64,000 bases of DNA, taken from contig JBJKQR010000047.1 of the NCBI GenBank assembly GCA_046735395.1, positions 32,001 to 96,000 of the forward strand, written 5' to 3'. Below, piece by piece: positions 17,616 through 27,553 of the stretch. The notes under the pieces are model-generated. The model did not search any database. It was not told where the DNA came from and saw only the letters and a program-made list of their open reading frames with translations. The first letter of the stretch is position 1. Every line of letters starts with the position of its first letter. Source of the DNA: Fidelibacterota bacterium. Lineage in GTDB: Bacteria; Fidelibacterota; Fidelibacteria; Fidelibacterales; DSDE01. The position numbers were made by a program, and so were the translations under genes.

Positions 17616-18446
17616 TCATTGATATGAATCCAACAGGAATTTATGGTTTTTACTCATAGCGATCAAATCATTGGCCGGATTCAGACTTTTATTATCAGCT
17701 TCTGACGGATCAATGGCTGCCCGGATCCTGCCCGGCTCTTCGCCAGCCCGCACGAGTCGTCTGCCGTCACAGGACGTAATCTGGCTCTGTCCCGTGAAGG
17801 AGAGGCTTTCGTCCCATCTCTGTTCCCGCCCCGTCCGGTTTGCAGTCACCGTGAAAACACGATTTTCCAGAGAGCGGGTCAGCATGGCATCCTGACACCA
17901 GGGAAGGACCAGATTGGAAGGATGGGCGATAATCTGGGCCCCGCGCAGGGACAGGCTGCGGCTGACTTCCGGAAAAACCCAGTCGAAGCAGATCATGACT
18001 CCCAGTCGGGCAAATCCGAGATCAACAACAGGCGGGAGCGCGCTTCCCGCGTCGAAGACCTCCGGTTCCCGATAAAAGAGGTTGATCTTTCTGTACACGC
18101 CGATGCTTCCTTTCTCTGTAATGACGGCTGCGGAATTATAGATTTTTCCACCGGCCTTTTCTGCCAATCCCGCAACAATCACTGCACTAAATTGGACAGC
18201 AAGTTCTCTGAGAAAGTTAACGGACGGGCCGGTCCGGAGATCTTCGGCCAGCAGGGCAGCCTCATTCCGGTCCCGGAACTGGTACCCGGTCGTACATAAT
18301 TCGGGGAGAACCACAATCGAGGCATTCGGAGGAAAATCCGCGGCGATCCGATCCAGATTTCCTGGAATGTCGCCGAAAACGGGCGAGGTCTGAAGCGCGG
18401 CGATTTCGATGCGGCTTCCTTGATTTTCTGTCATGTTCTGATCCAT
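17616..18446 (-). CDS. Carbon-nitrogen hydrolase (nitrilase superfamily)
   Basis: VVLPEL, YRKINL, GVMICFDWVFPE (E-K-C triad), RSLENRVF-ANRTG. Confidence 0.92.
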   Translation of the reverse strand: MDQNMTENQGSRIEIAALQTSPVFGDIPGNLDRIAADFPPNASIVVLPELCTTGYQFRDRNEAALLAEDLRTGPSVNFLRELAVQFSAVIVAGLAEKAGGKIYNSAAVITEKGSIGVYRKINLFYREPEVFDAGSALPPVVDLGFARLGVMICFDWVFPEVSRSLSLRGAQIIAHPSNLVLPWCQDAMLTRSLENRVFTVTANRTGREQRWDESLSFTGQSQITSCDGRRLVRAGEEPGRIRAAIDPSEADNKSLNPANDLIAMSKNHKFLLDSYQ

Positions 18447-18467
18447 TCGTCTCTGAATTTAATATAC

Positions 18468-18496
18468 AAAAAAAGGACGCAGAAGTTGCGTCCTTT
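18468..18496 (-). terminator. Intrinsic terminator after TPR gene
   Basis: AAAGGACGCA-GAAGT-TGCGTCCTTT stem with a U-tract on the minus strand. Confidence 0.8.
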
Positions 18497-18523
18497 ATGA
18501 GAGAAATTTTTATAAAAATATAT

Positions 18524-19573
18524 CTATTCGAGAGCTTTTGCCTGCCGAATGAGGTCCAGGCCTTCCTCATAGCGCTTCTGTCCGTTGAGGGCATTGGCGA
18601 GTTTGCGCATGTAATTCGGATTCATGGGATCAGCATCAAGCAGCTGGCGATAGTAACCTTCGGCAGAAATATAATCCTGCTGATTGATGTACACGTCACC
18701 CACCGCTTCGACCACTTCCAGATCACTGGGATCGAAGGAGAGCACCTGCTGAAACTGGAGATTGGCATTATCCAGATCATTCAGCTTGATATAGAGCAGG
18801 CCCAGATTGAAATACAGATCCTTTTCCGTGGGGAAATTGACAATGGCATCCTTGTAGATCTGCGTGGCTTCGTCATATTTTCCGGCTTCGAACAGAAAAA
18901 CGCCGAGATTTTCGATGTTTTTCAGGTTTTCAGGATCATTTTTCACAGATTCGGTCAGAAGGGCAATTGCATCGTCTTTTCTGTCCATATCCACCAGATA
19001 GCGGGCTTTCAGTCCTTCCAGGTTGCTTTTGGGCTCGACAGTCTTGAGGGCTTCATCGATGAAATCCAGAGCCTTATCCTTATCATCGGCGAGGTCATAA
19101 TAGCAGCGTGCCAGCTGGACTGCCGTATTTTCATCCTTGGGATTGAAGATAAATGCGATACGAAAATCATCGATGGCCTTGCTGATGGCCTTGTCGCGAT
19201 CGGTTGCTTCATCCTTCACAATGGCATTGTAATACTTTACGCCGTCATTATAGCGTGTTCCCCAGTTATATTTGAACTGATTTGCAATTTCTGTTTCAAA
19301 CCTCGGCCCTCTCTGCAGGGACATATCGAGATATTTCTTGACCAGATCATATTTTTCCTGCTTCTGGTAGACATCGATTGCCAGAAGAAAGGGGACTTCA
19401 GGATTGGTAGGCTCGGTGTCGAGCGCTTTCAGAAAATATTCCTCGGCTTTGGGGAGATTTTCCTGCTGTACGTACATCTTCGCGCTGGTGTATTCAGGAG
19501 AATTACAGCTCCAGAAAGCCAGAACGGCAGTTAGGCTCACGATGCCCGTTAAAATGTGTTTTTTTACCTTCAT
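18524..19573 (-). CDS. TPR-repeat lipoprotein
   Basis: LAFWSC lipobox; multiple TPR motifs (YFNLGLLY, A-YY-LLDADP-N). Confidence 0.85.
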   Translation of the reverse strand: MKVKKHILTGIVSLTAVLAFWSCNSPEYTSAKMYVQQENLPKAEEYFLKALDTEPTNPEVPFLLAIDVYQKQEKYDLVKKYLDMSLQRGPRFETEIANQFKYNWGTRYNDGVKYYNAIVKDEATDRDKAISKAIDDFRIAFIFNPKDENTAVQLARCYYDLADDKDKALDFIDEALKTVEPKSNLEGLKARYLVDMDRKDDAIALLTESVKNDPENLKNIENLGVFLFEAGKYDEATQIYKDAIVNFPTEKDLYFNLGLLYIKLNDLDNANLQFQQVLSFDPSDLEVVEAVGDVYINQQDYISAEGYYRQLLDADPMNPNYMRKLANALNGQKRYEEGLDLIRQAKALE

Positions 19574-19677
19574 TTCTTCCTCTTTTTTATGAGATATGAA
19601 TATACGTATTAATCCGAAAAATTGAAAGGGAACATCCGGTTTTGAGTTAAAATCGCGGAGCCTTCGGGCGGATGTGC

Positions 19678-21465
19678 CTATCTGTCGGCGGACAGATCCG
19701 AGATCATTTTTTCGGAATGATCCAGCTCAGTCAGCAGATCCTGTTTCTTCTCTGAAAAGTAATGTTCAAATCTGCCGAAAAGATCCCGGTAATACTGGAT
19801 TCCTTCCTTCAGATTAGCGCGAAACTTTTCCAGGTATACTTCCTGCTTATCGTTCAGGGTCCGTCTGTGTTCGGCAAATCTGTCGGCCAGATAATTGGCG
19901 TATATCCGCAGTTCCTTGATGAATACGTGAGGCCTGTCCTTTCTTTCGATGATATTTGTACGGCCATAGATATGATCGCACATTTCCGGAAGCGAGGAGG
20001 GTTTGGAAAAATAGGCCATATTGGGACCCGGGCAGACAGACACGCCCGGCCCGAGGCCTTTGATATCCATATCGTTCACTATGTAGCCGGCAGTGCCCAG
20101 GCCTACGCAGATACATGCTTTTTCCACGATTTTGTCATAGGCGGATTTGTATTCATCCTCAGGCAGCTGCAGGGTTTCCAGTTCCTTGATCTTCAGCGCC
20201 TGATACTGTCTGGAAGCAATACAGATGCCTTTTTCTCCGAAATCGGTGTTCAGGCAGACGAATTTTTTCGGGCAGGGTGAGCCGGGCCGGTTGTTTTTGA
20301 TCCACTCTTCCTTTTCCGCATCCTTGCTGTTGCCGCGCAGATTATTGAAGGGAACACCGAGGGGCGAAATGCCGCTGAGATAGAGGTCCTCTTCCCGGGC
20401 TTCACGCAGCTGCTTTCGTGTGTTTTCATCGACGGTGGTCACATCGGGAGCCAGCAGGAAGGGTGTGCCCCAGCCTATGGAGTCGAGTCCGTAATGGTCC
20501 ATGAGAAATTCATGTTCACGCGCTGTTCCCACACCACCCTGGGCCGTAATTTTCAGTTCCGGTGCCCGGGCGGGAACCGTTTTACCCAGATTTTCCAATG
20601 CGGTTTTCAGCATACTCCACATCGTTTCGGTAAGATTTTCCCGGCTGTTTTTGAATTCTTCCAGAATGGGGCCCATCAGGTAACCGTCGGTGGCAAAGGC
20701 GTGGCCTCCGCAATTGAGCCCGGATTCTACGCGGAACTCGGAAACCCAGATCCCTTTTTTCGCAAGGAATTTGCCCTGAATGAGGGCGGAACGGTAATCG
20801 GAAACCTTGAGAATGACCTTTTTACGGATATCTCCCTCAGAATCAGGAAAGAAATCTTCGAAATTCTCCATATACCCGTAGAGCCGCGGATTCATGCCGG
20901 CTGACAGAACAATGGCCGCCCGCAGGTTACTCCGGGCGAATCCCCTGAGCGCCGCATGGGCATCGTTATATTCCGTGGGCAGGGGTTTGCCGTCCCGGTA
21001 ATTGGTTCCGTCAACTTTGGTCATGATGTTCACATCAATAGTGCCGGGCATGATGTGTTTGTGCAGCCAGGCACGGGTTTTTTCGGCCAGCGTGCCGTTC
21101 TGCAGCATTTCCATGAAATCCTTTCTCAGCTGAGATCCATCCGGAAGCATGTCGAAATATTTCTTCAGTTCGCTGCCGGTTTCATAGATGGAATTCCGGA
21201 TTTCCTGCAGTTTTTCCGATACCAGCTTATCCAGCATATTGAGATAGGCCGTAATGCGCTTGGCCCGGAAGTCTTCGATTTTATCATGGATTTCCTGATA
21301 GGGAATATTGAACAGATTTGAATAATGAGCCCGCAGTTTTTCCAGCAGAATATCGTCCACGAGAGAGACAACGGACGATATGCCGTAAGGGGCTGTCTTC
21401 AGTGGTGTTTCTGCCGTGAAGGCGATTCCCATTACGGGAATGTGAAAAGAATGAATTGTCGTCAT
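19678..21465 (-). CDS. Conserved hypothetical protein, nitronate monooxygenase/FabK-like FMN TIM-barrel with Cys cluster
   Basis: HIPVMG, ESGLNCGGHAF, ITAQGGVG and SIGWGTPF parallel NMO/FabK motifs; several Cys in the C-terminal third. Confidence 0.65.
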   Translation of the reverse strand: MTTIHSFHIPVMGIAFTAETPLKTAPYGISSVVSLVDDILLEKLRAHYSNLFNIPYQEIHDKIEDFRAKRITAYLNMLDKLVSEKLQEIRNSIYETGSELKKYFDMLPDGSQLRKDFMEMLQNGTLAEKTRAWLHKHIMPGTIDVNIMTKVDGTNYRDGKPLPTEYNDAHAALRGFARSNLRAAIVLSAGMNPRLYGYMENFEDFFPDSEGDIRKKVILKVSDYRSALIQGKFLAKKGIWVSEFRVESGLNCGGHAFATDGYLMGPILEEFKNSRENLTETMWSMLKTALENLGKTVPARAPELKITAQGGVGTAREHEFLMDHYGLDSIGWGTPFLLAPDVTTVDENTRKQLREAREEDLYLSGISPLGVPFNNLRGNSKDAEKEEWIKNNRPGSPCPKKFVCLNTDFGEKGICIASRQYQALKIKELETLQLPEDEYKSAYDKIVEKACICVGLGTAGYIVNDMDIKGLGPGVSVCPGPNMAYFSKPSSLPEMCDHIYGRTNIIERKDRPHVFIKELRIYANYLADRFAEHRRTLNDKQEVYLEKFRANLKEGIQYYRDLFGRFEHYFSEKKQDLLTELDHSEKMISDLSADR

Positions 21466-21502
21466 ACTATAGTTCCTGTGTGTGAGTTAAACGGCTGCAG
21501 GC

Positions 21503-23056
21503 TCAATTTACTGCCTGCAGAATCAGGTACACGGAGGTGCCTGAATTTTCGGGATGCATGGTCTGGTCACGTGATTCAATCCGGACATCGCCTCCCATGG
21601 AGCGCAGCGTCTTCTGCACGAGCGGCATGCCGAATCCGGTCCCTTTTTCTCCCATTGTTCCGGGACGGGTCGTGTGTGCGGACGGATCCCATAATTTTGT
21701 CAGCAGATCATCGGGAATACCGATTCCCTCATCTTTGATCATTAATTCTATCTTATCGCGCAGATGAGCTCTGGCATCAATTTCTATCTTTCCCCTGCTG
21801 GGTGAAAATTTAATGGCATTGCTGATGACATTGTTCAGGGCATTGACGGACAGGGTCAGCGGATCCGCCAGGACCCGACAACAATCTATACCGGATCCCA
21901 GGACGCATTCGATTTCCTTTTCTTCCATTCTGAAACGGAAATCCCGCAGCATGCTTTCAATAACCGGAGCCAGTTCGATTGGCTGAAGTTCCGGCCTGTA
22001 TTTCCCGGATTCAAGCGCCAGCTGTTCCCGGACCAGATCGATGATGTGGTCCTGCTGTTCGGCTGATTCACGAATATAGGTGGCCATATTGCGGACGCTT
22101 CCGTTCAGATTGTCCTCCATGAGGATGAGATCCGTATAGCCGAAAATGGACGTGATATAATTTTTCAGATCGTGACTGAGCACCCGGAGCAGGCTTTCCT
22201 TGTCATCCGACAGCCGTTTCAGCGCCGTATTTCTTTTTTCCAGGGTTTTAGACAGATTGGCAACCCGGCTCAGGGCCGTCATGATGTGCGCCAGAACTGC
22301 CAGGATGAGCAGCGCCGACAACATGGTGATGAAATTCGCAATGAGCCAGCCATGAACAGAGAAGGGAAAATAGGAGACCATCTGAATGAGGTCCTTACCG
22401 TCCAGATCCTTCAGATTATGGCTGCGGCTTGAAAAACCGTCTATCTTTTCAGGAGCTGCACCGAGGGCTGCAAATCGGACCGGAAATCCGGTGACCGTGC
22501 TGATGTTATCGGCCAGGCTGTCCGAAAGCAGTTTATAAAAGAGCACGTAGAAATTTCCGCTGTCTGCCGCGACCGGCACGATGGAATAGAGAACCGTATT
22601 CAGGGAAACGGGGCAGGTATGAATGCCCTGAAGCTCCGCATCCCGGTTCAGGCAGACTTCCAGTCCCTCCAGAGCGATATCATCACCCTTACCCTGAATC
22701 AGTACGTGATCCTTGTTTACCAGCATAATTCCGTCAACCAGATTATCTTCATATGCATATACGGGAATGTCCCGGGTGATATTCCGGCCCTCCACTTCGG
22801 CGCGGAGCTCTTCTTCGTTGCTGGCAACGAAGCTTTTCAGCAGATAGGTGATCTGCTTGTGGACTTCATTGAAATAATTTATCTGAATCGCGACGATTTT
22901 GTTGCTTTCCATCCGGGCCGCGCGCAGCGTACGCAGGAACATGATGAAGATGCTGAAGGCCGTGAGGGCGATGATGATAAGGGCGATTCGGCGGAGTTTT
23001 TTAATATTTTTTATACTGCTGTCCATCAGGACGGAAATTACCGAAGCCATTTTCAT
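21503..23056 (-). CDS. Membrane sensor histidine kinase
   Basis: Two TM segments flanking a periplasmic domain; LSHDLKN H-box, NVISNAIKFS, DEGIGI, GEKGTGFG. Confidence 0.92.
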   Translation of the reverse strand: MKMASVISVLMDSSIKNIKKLRRIALIIIALTAFSIFIMFLRTLRAARMESNKIVAIQINYFNEVHKQITYLLKSFVASNEEELRAEVEGRNITRDIPVYAYEDNLVDGIMLVNKDHVLIQGKGDDIALEGLEVCLNRDAELQGIHTCPVSLNTVLYSIVPVAADSGNFYVLFYKLLSDSLADNISTVTGFPVRFAALGAAPEKIDGFSSRSHNLKDLDGKDLIQMVSYFPFSVHGWLIANFITMLSALLILAVLAHIMTALSRVANLSKTLEKRNTALKRLSDDKESLLRVLSHDLKNYITSIFGYTDLILMEDNLNGSVRNMATYIRESAEQQDHIIDLVREQLALESGKYRPELQPIELAPVIESMLRDFRFRMEEKEIECVLGSGIDCCRVLADPLTLSVNALNNVISNAIKFSPSRGKIEIDARAHLRDKIELMIKDEGIGIPDDLLTKLWDPSAHTTRPGTMGEKGTGFGMPLVQKTLRSMGGDVRIESRDQTMHPENSGTSVYLILQAVN

Positions 23057-23157
23057 AAATCAATGCCATATTACCCTAAGATACATGGAAAGTCCGGGCA
23101 TGATTATCAGATTGTGAAAAATTGTACCGAATTTATCCCATTTTATGGGGAAGGAAA

Positions 23158-24183
23158 TTATTCCGCGGGCCAGCAGCGCCGGCTGAGTTCCTCAAGATTT
23201 CCGCTGTCACCGCTTCCGATCCAAAGGGCCAGTTCCCGGGCAACATTCACGTAATTCTGGGGCTGGATCGCATCGGCATTCAGAAAGCGGGCAACACTGT
23301 CCGGGTCGAGAGTGGACATGGACCAGCCCAGGTTTTTTTCCGTGAGGGCGAGGGCGTTGCTTTCCTGTTCCAGCTGCCCTTTCAGAGGTTTGACCAGCAG
23401 TTTTTTTCCGATGTGCAGCGCTTCTCCGGGCAATTCGAAGCCGGCATTGCAGATGACACCGGAACAGTGTTTCAGGTCATGAAGGAAGCCGTTGCGGGAG
23501 GGGCTGCAAAACTCGATATTCGGAACCGGTTCAGCGAGGTTTCCGGATCCATAAACAATAAACTTGTGTTCAGGAAAGGGCTGCAGCAGCGCCCGGACAT
23601 CTTCAGCGGATTCGAAACTTAGGTAGACCAGAATGAAATTGTCATCGCGGATATCCGGCGCATTCAGAAGGGCCGGTGGGACGACGGGAGGCAGGATGGG
23701 GGAATTGAAGGGATGCCAGTGGAGCCCGATGGGAATATCCACAGGGGCAAAGCTTCGCAGCAGTCCCCGTGACAGGAGATCGCCGCTGCTTGTGGGGATG
23801 GGATAGCGGAATGCGTACTGATGGCCGATTCCGATGACGCTGCGCTGCTGTCGGGGCGCGGCCCAGGCGATAACCGGTTCGTAATCGGAAATAATGACAT
23901 CGTAGGGTCTGAGATCCAGATTCCGGATGTCGCTGAAGAACTGCAGCGGTTTCAGTCCGATCAGAGTCTTAAATACGCGAATCCGGCCATTTTCGGTGGC
24001 GAATGTGAAACCGTCCTTAACGGAATAGGGGCGCAACTCTTCCACGTCCCAGAGCTCGTTTTCCTTTCTGCCACTGAAGAGCACGGAAACCTGGTGTCCT
24101 GCGAGCTTCAGTTCTCTGACAAGTTCGCGGCTGCGGCTGATATGGCCGTTGCCCGTTGCCTGTACGCCGTATAAAATATTCAT
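23158..24183 (-). CDS. MJ1255/VC2487-family glycosyltransferase
   Basis: True start MNILYGVQATGNGHISR at 24183 (AGGA RBS); ISDYEP, GHQYAF, ICNAGFELPGEAL-GKKLLVKPL-GQ-EQ-SNA. Confidence 0.9.
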   Translation of the reverse strand: MNILYGVQATGNGHISRSRELVRELKLAGHQVSVLFSGRKENELWDVEELRPYSVKDGFTFATENGRIRVFKTLIGLKPLQFFSDIRNLDLRPYDVIISDYEPVIAWAAPRQQRSVIGIGHQYAFRYPIPTSSGDLLSRGLLRSFAPVDIPIGLHWHPFNSPILPPVVPPALLNAPDIRDDNFILVYLSFESAEDVRALLQPFPEHKFIVYGSGNLAEPVPNIEFCSPSRNGFLHDLKHCSGVICNAGFELPGEALHIGKKLLVKPLKGQLEQESNALALTEKNLGWSMSTLDPDSVARFLNADAIQPQNYVNVARELALWIGSGDSGNLEELSRRCWPAE

Positions 24184-24184
24184 A

Positions 24185-24709
24185 TCAGATTCCTGTGATG
24201 AGTATGGCTGCATGAGCGGAAACCAGTCCCAGCGCCATGCCGGCCAGAATATCCGAGGGATAGTGTACGCCGAGGTAAACCCGTGAGAAGCCGACAGAGA
24301 GGGCCCAGGCCAGAGCCGGAAGAAAGAAAATCGGGTTGAGGGCACTCAGGAAGACGAGCATAACGAATGCGGCGGCCGTATGTCCGCTGGGAAAACTGAA
24401 TTCATCAGAAGGGACGGTAAAGTTCACGATGTTCAGAGGCCCGGCAAAAGGGCGCAGGCGGCGGACATTCTTTTTAATGAGTTTGTAGAGACTTAATTCA
24501 ATGATGAATGCGAGAAAAATGGTTTCCATAAACGGCAGGATTGACTGCACATTCAGCTGGAGAGGAAGCAGAATCAGGATGAGAGGATAAAAGTATCCGT
24601 CACCGCTGAAGGAAATGGAGCGAATAATTTTATTCAGCATTCGCCGTCGCAATTTCATAACTTTCAGTATCAGCATGAAATCCCAGTATTGGATTGTCAG
24701 CTTTTCCAT
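24185..24709 (-). CDS. PAP2-family membrane phosphatase
   Basis: K-RRLRP, FSFPSGH, SRVYLGVHYPSD motifs; TM helices. Confidence 0.93.
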   Translation of the reverse strand: MEKLTIQYWDFMLILKVMKLRRRMLNKIIRSISFSGDGYFYPLILILLPLQLNVQSILPFMETIFLAFIIELSLYKLIKKNVRRLRPFAGPLNIVNFTVPSDEFSFPSGHTAAAFVMLVFLSALNPIFFLPALAWALSVGFSRVYLGVHYPSDILAGMALGLVSAHAAILITGI

Positions 24710-24742
24710 GATTTCTCCTTTTTCATGGCCCGAATTTCCCTA

Positions 24743-24764
24743 TGTTATGTTAGGGTTTGATAAG
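24743..24764 (-). promoter_or_regulatory. Pho-box-like 11-bp-period repeat upstream of the PAP2/GT operon
   Basis: Minus strand reads CTTATCAAACC-CTAACATAACA. Confidence 0.4.
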
Positions 24765-24840
24765 GACAGTATTTGAAAAAGGTTATTTCATTTTACTCAG
24801 CTGCAGCCGGAACAGATCCTTTTTATGAACAGTCTGATTT

Positions 24841-24862
24841 CTAATATAATTCTAACAAAAAT
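24841..24862 (+). promoter_or_regulatory. Pho-box-like 11-bp-period repeat upstream of phoB
   Basis: CTAATATAATT-CTAACAAAAAT, just upstream of TATATT and the phoB start. Confidence 0.45.
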
Positions 24863-24880
24863 CCTTTATATTCATGGTAA

Positions 24881-25585
24881 ATGAAAGCAAAAATGACAAA
24901 ATCAGCGAATATTTTAGTGATTGAGGATGAGGATGATATCCGCAAACTCATCGAATATTATCTGAAGACGGAAGGCTATACGGTAGTGACGGCCGATAAT
25001 GGCGAAGCCGGGCTGGAAAAGGTGCGGCAGGAGAAGCCGGATCTGCTGGTTCTGGATCTCATGCTGCCGGGCCTGGACGGCCGTGATATCTGCCGGATTC
25101 TGAAGGCGGATTCCCGGACACTTGATCTGCCCATTGTCATGCTGACGGCCCGCAGCTCGGATGATGATATCGTGGAAGGACTGGAAATCGGGGCGGATGA
25201 CTACATCACAAAACCCTTCAGTCCCAAAGTGCTCATCGCCCGGATCCGGAAAATTCTGGACAACGGCGGCGGCGGATCCCGAAGCGAGGATCTGATCCGC
25301 CACGGGGATCTTGAAGTGAATTACCGGAACCGGGACCTGTCCATCGCATCGCAGAAAATAGATCTGACCTATACGGAATTTGAAATGCTGTACCTGTTTA
25401 TCTCCCATCCCGGGCAGGTCTTCAGCCGCTTCGAAATCGTCAATGCCATCAAAGGCGACAATTATATTGTGACCGACCGGACCATCGACTTTCAGATGGT
25501 CGGTCTCCGTAAAAAACTTGGTTCCTATGCACGCTTACTCAAAACCGTTCGCGGAGCCGGGTACAAATTTCAGGCAGATGAATGA
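24881..25585 (+). CDS. phoB: OmpR/PhoB-family response regulator
   Basis: IEDE, LDLMLPG, MLTA, GADDYITKPFS, winged-helix TVRGAGY; coupled to a PhoR-type kinase. Confidence 0.8.
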   Translation: MKAKMTKSANILVIEDEDDIRKLIEYYLKTEGYTVVTADNGEAGLEKVRQEKPDLLVLDLMLPGLDGRDICRILKADSRTLDLPIVMLTARSSDDDIVEGLEIGADDYITKPFSPKVLIARIRKILDNGGGGSRSEDLIRHGDLEVNYRNRDLSIASQKIDLTYTEFEMLYLFISHPGQVFSRFEIVNAIKGDNYIVTDRTIDFQMVGLRKKLGSYARLLKTVRGAGYKFQADE

Positions 25586-27354
25586 AACGGCGCGGACTGA
25601 TTTTCTGGATACTTCTTCCCTGGATGCTGCTGATGCTGGCCGGATCGCTCATCTTCCGAACGGTGAGTATCCGGAATTTTGAATCCTTTGTAGATGCCCG
25701 CACGGAACTCAATCTGAAAAACCATGCCGCGTATCTGGAAAGACTGCTGGTACAGGTTCAGCCTCCGTTTCTGGATGCGGACGAGACGGCCCTGCTTACT
25801 GAGTACAGGACCGCGATGGGTATCCGGATTACGCTTGTCACAGCGGACGGCCGAGTATTCTATGATTCGCATGAAGATGCAAAGAACATGGATTTTCACG
25901 GGGACCGCCCCGAAATCGTTGATGCGGTCCGCAGCGGGGAGGGACAGAGCAATATCCGCTACAGCTATACCCTGGGAAAGGAGCTGATGTATCTGGCGCT
26001 GCCGGTTAAACGGGACGGCCGGATGGCATTTCTGATCCGAGTTTCCTCGCCGCTGGTTGATATTGAGGGAAGTATACGTGATTTTGACCGGCAGATCAGC
26101 CTCAGCTTTCTGCTCATTCTCTGCGCTCTGATCCTTTTTTCCTATCTGGTGAGCCGTCGTATCAGCCGGCCGCTTGAATTGATACGCGGAGGGGCGGAAC
26201 GCCTGGCGGAAGGAGACTTCAGCACGGTTCTCCCGGAAACAGGTGCCTGGGAAATCCGCAATCTGGCCGCCAGCTTCAATCACATGGCCCGGGATCTTCA
26301 GGCCACCATCAAACGTCTGTCAGAGCGGTCCAATGACATGAACATGCTCCTGTCCAGCATGAAGGAAGTGGTCATCGCCATCGACCGGAAACAGCGCGTG
26401 CTCTGGATCAATGATGTCGCGGCCCTGACCTTCAAGCTCGATCCTCAGAAGAGTATCGGTGAGTACCTTTTCAATCACCTGCGTGAACCCGATATCATCA
26501 CCTTCGTCCGGAATTCCATGAAGGACAGCGCCTACGCGGAAGAAAAGATCTCCTTTGTGAGTATTCCGGAACATCAGTTCATTATTTCCTCAGCCCCCGT
26601 CATCAATGCGGAACAGCGGCCGGTGGGCCTGATTCTCGTTATTCGCGACATTACCCGTCTGGAAAATCTCGAACAGGTCCGCAAGGAGTTTGTATCCAAT
26701 GTGTCACATGAACTGAAGACACCCATCACCACAATACAGGGCTATGCGGAAGCGCTTCAGGATCGGGATCTGAAGGATGAGGCCATGCGGCAGGACTTCG
26801 TCGCGATTATTCTGAAGACCGCGAGACGCATGAATTCTATTGTCAATGATCTCATTGACCTGGCGCGCCTGGACCGGAACGAAAACAGCGAGCTGGAACT
26901 TCAGGACGTGCCCGTGGCAGATTTTCTGACTATGGCCGTCACGGATCTGCAGCCCCTCGCGGATGAAAAGCATATTACGATTCAAATACAGGTTCAGAAC
27001 GGCCTGATGGCCCGAATCAATTCGGATCTGATGCGGCAGGCTCTGGAAAACATTCTCGTCAATGCAATCAAATACAGCAACGAGGGAACAAAGGTGAGCC
27101 TCAGCGCCAGCGAAGGTTCGGACAATGAGCTCGTATTGAGTGTGGAGGATGAGGGCATCGGGATTCCGCGGGAGGCACTTCCCCGTATCTTCGAGCGTTT
27201 TTACCGCGTGGACAAGGCGCGAAGCCGTAAAGAAGGCGGGACCGGCCTGGGGCTTTCCATCTGCAAGCATATCGTGATCGCCCATCGGGGACGGATTACG
27301 GTGGACAGTACCCTGGGAAAGGGCAGCTGTTTCAGGATTACCCTGCCGCAGTGA
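25582..27354 (+). CDS. phoR: PhoR-like sensor kinase (Cache-like, HAMP, PAS, HisKA, HATPase)
   Basis: H-DRPEI...RYS-TL periplasmic motif; [45 protein letters not shown]. Confidence 0.85.
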   Translation: [590 protein letters not shown]

Positions 27355-27478
27355 ATGACCGTCTGATTTAATTCTTGCACATTATTCTACATTAGACAAT
27401 TCGCGAGTTTTGCTGTCCGGAAGAGGGTGGCTCTGGTTTTGAACTAAATGGCAACACTGCGTCCCCTAAGAAAAAATA

Positions 27479-27507
27479 TTGAATTCAGAAAGCAGTTTGG
27501 TTATAAT
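27479..27507 (+). promoter_or_regulatory. Sigma70-type promoter
   Basis: TTGAAT-17 bp-TATAAT upstream of a GGAG RBS and ATG at 27554. Confidence 0.7.
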
Positions 27508-27553
27508 ATCTGATTACAATTGGGTTGATTAACCGTTTAAACCGGAGTAAGAA

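Noticed and set aside
23158..24345. 395-aa version of the glycosyltransferase
   Set aside because: The extra N-terminus overlaps PAP2; the family start MNILYG at 24183 has its own RBS.
27355..27478. c-di-GMP or other riboswitch between phoR and the protease
   Set aside because: Only a GGGACGCA fragment on the minus strand; required stems absent, and it lies upstream of the predicted promoter.
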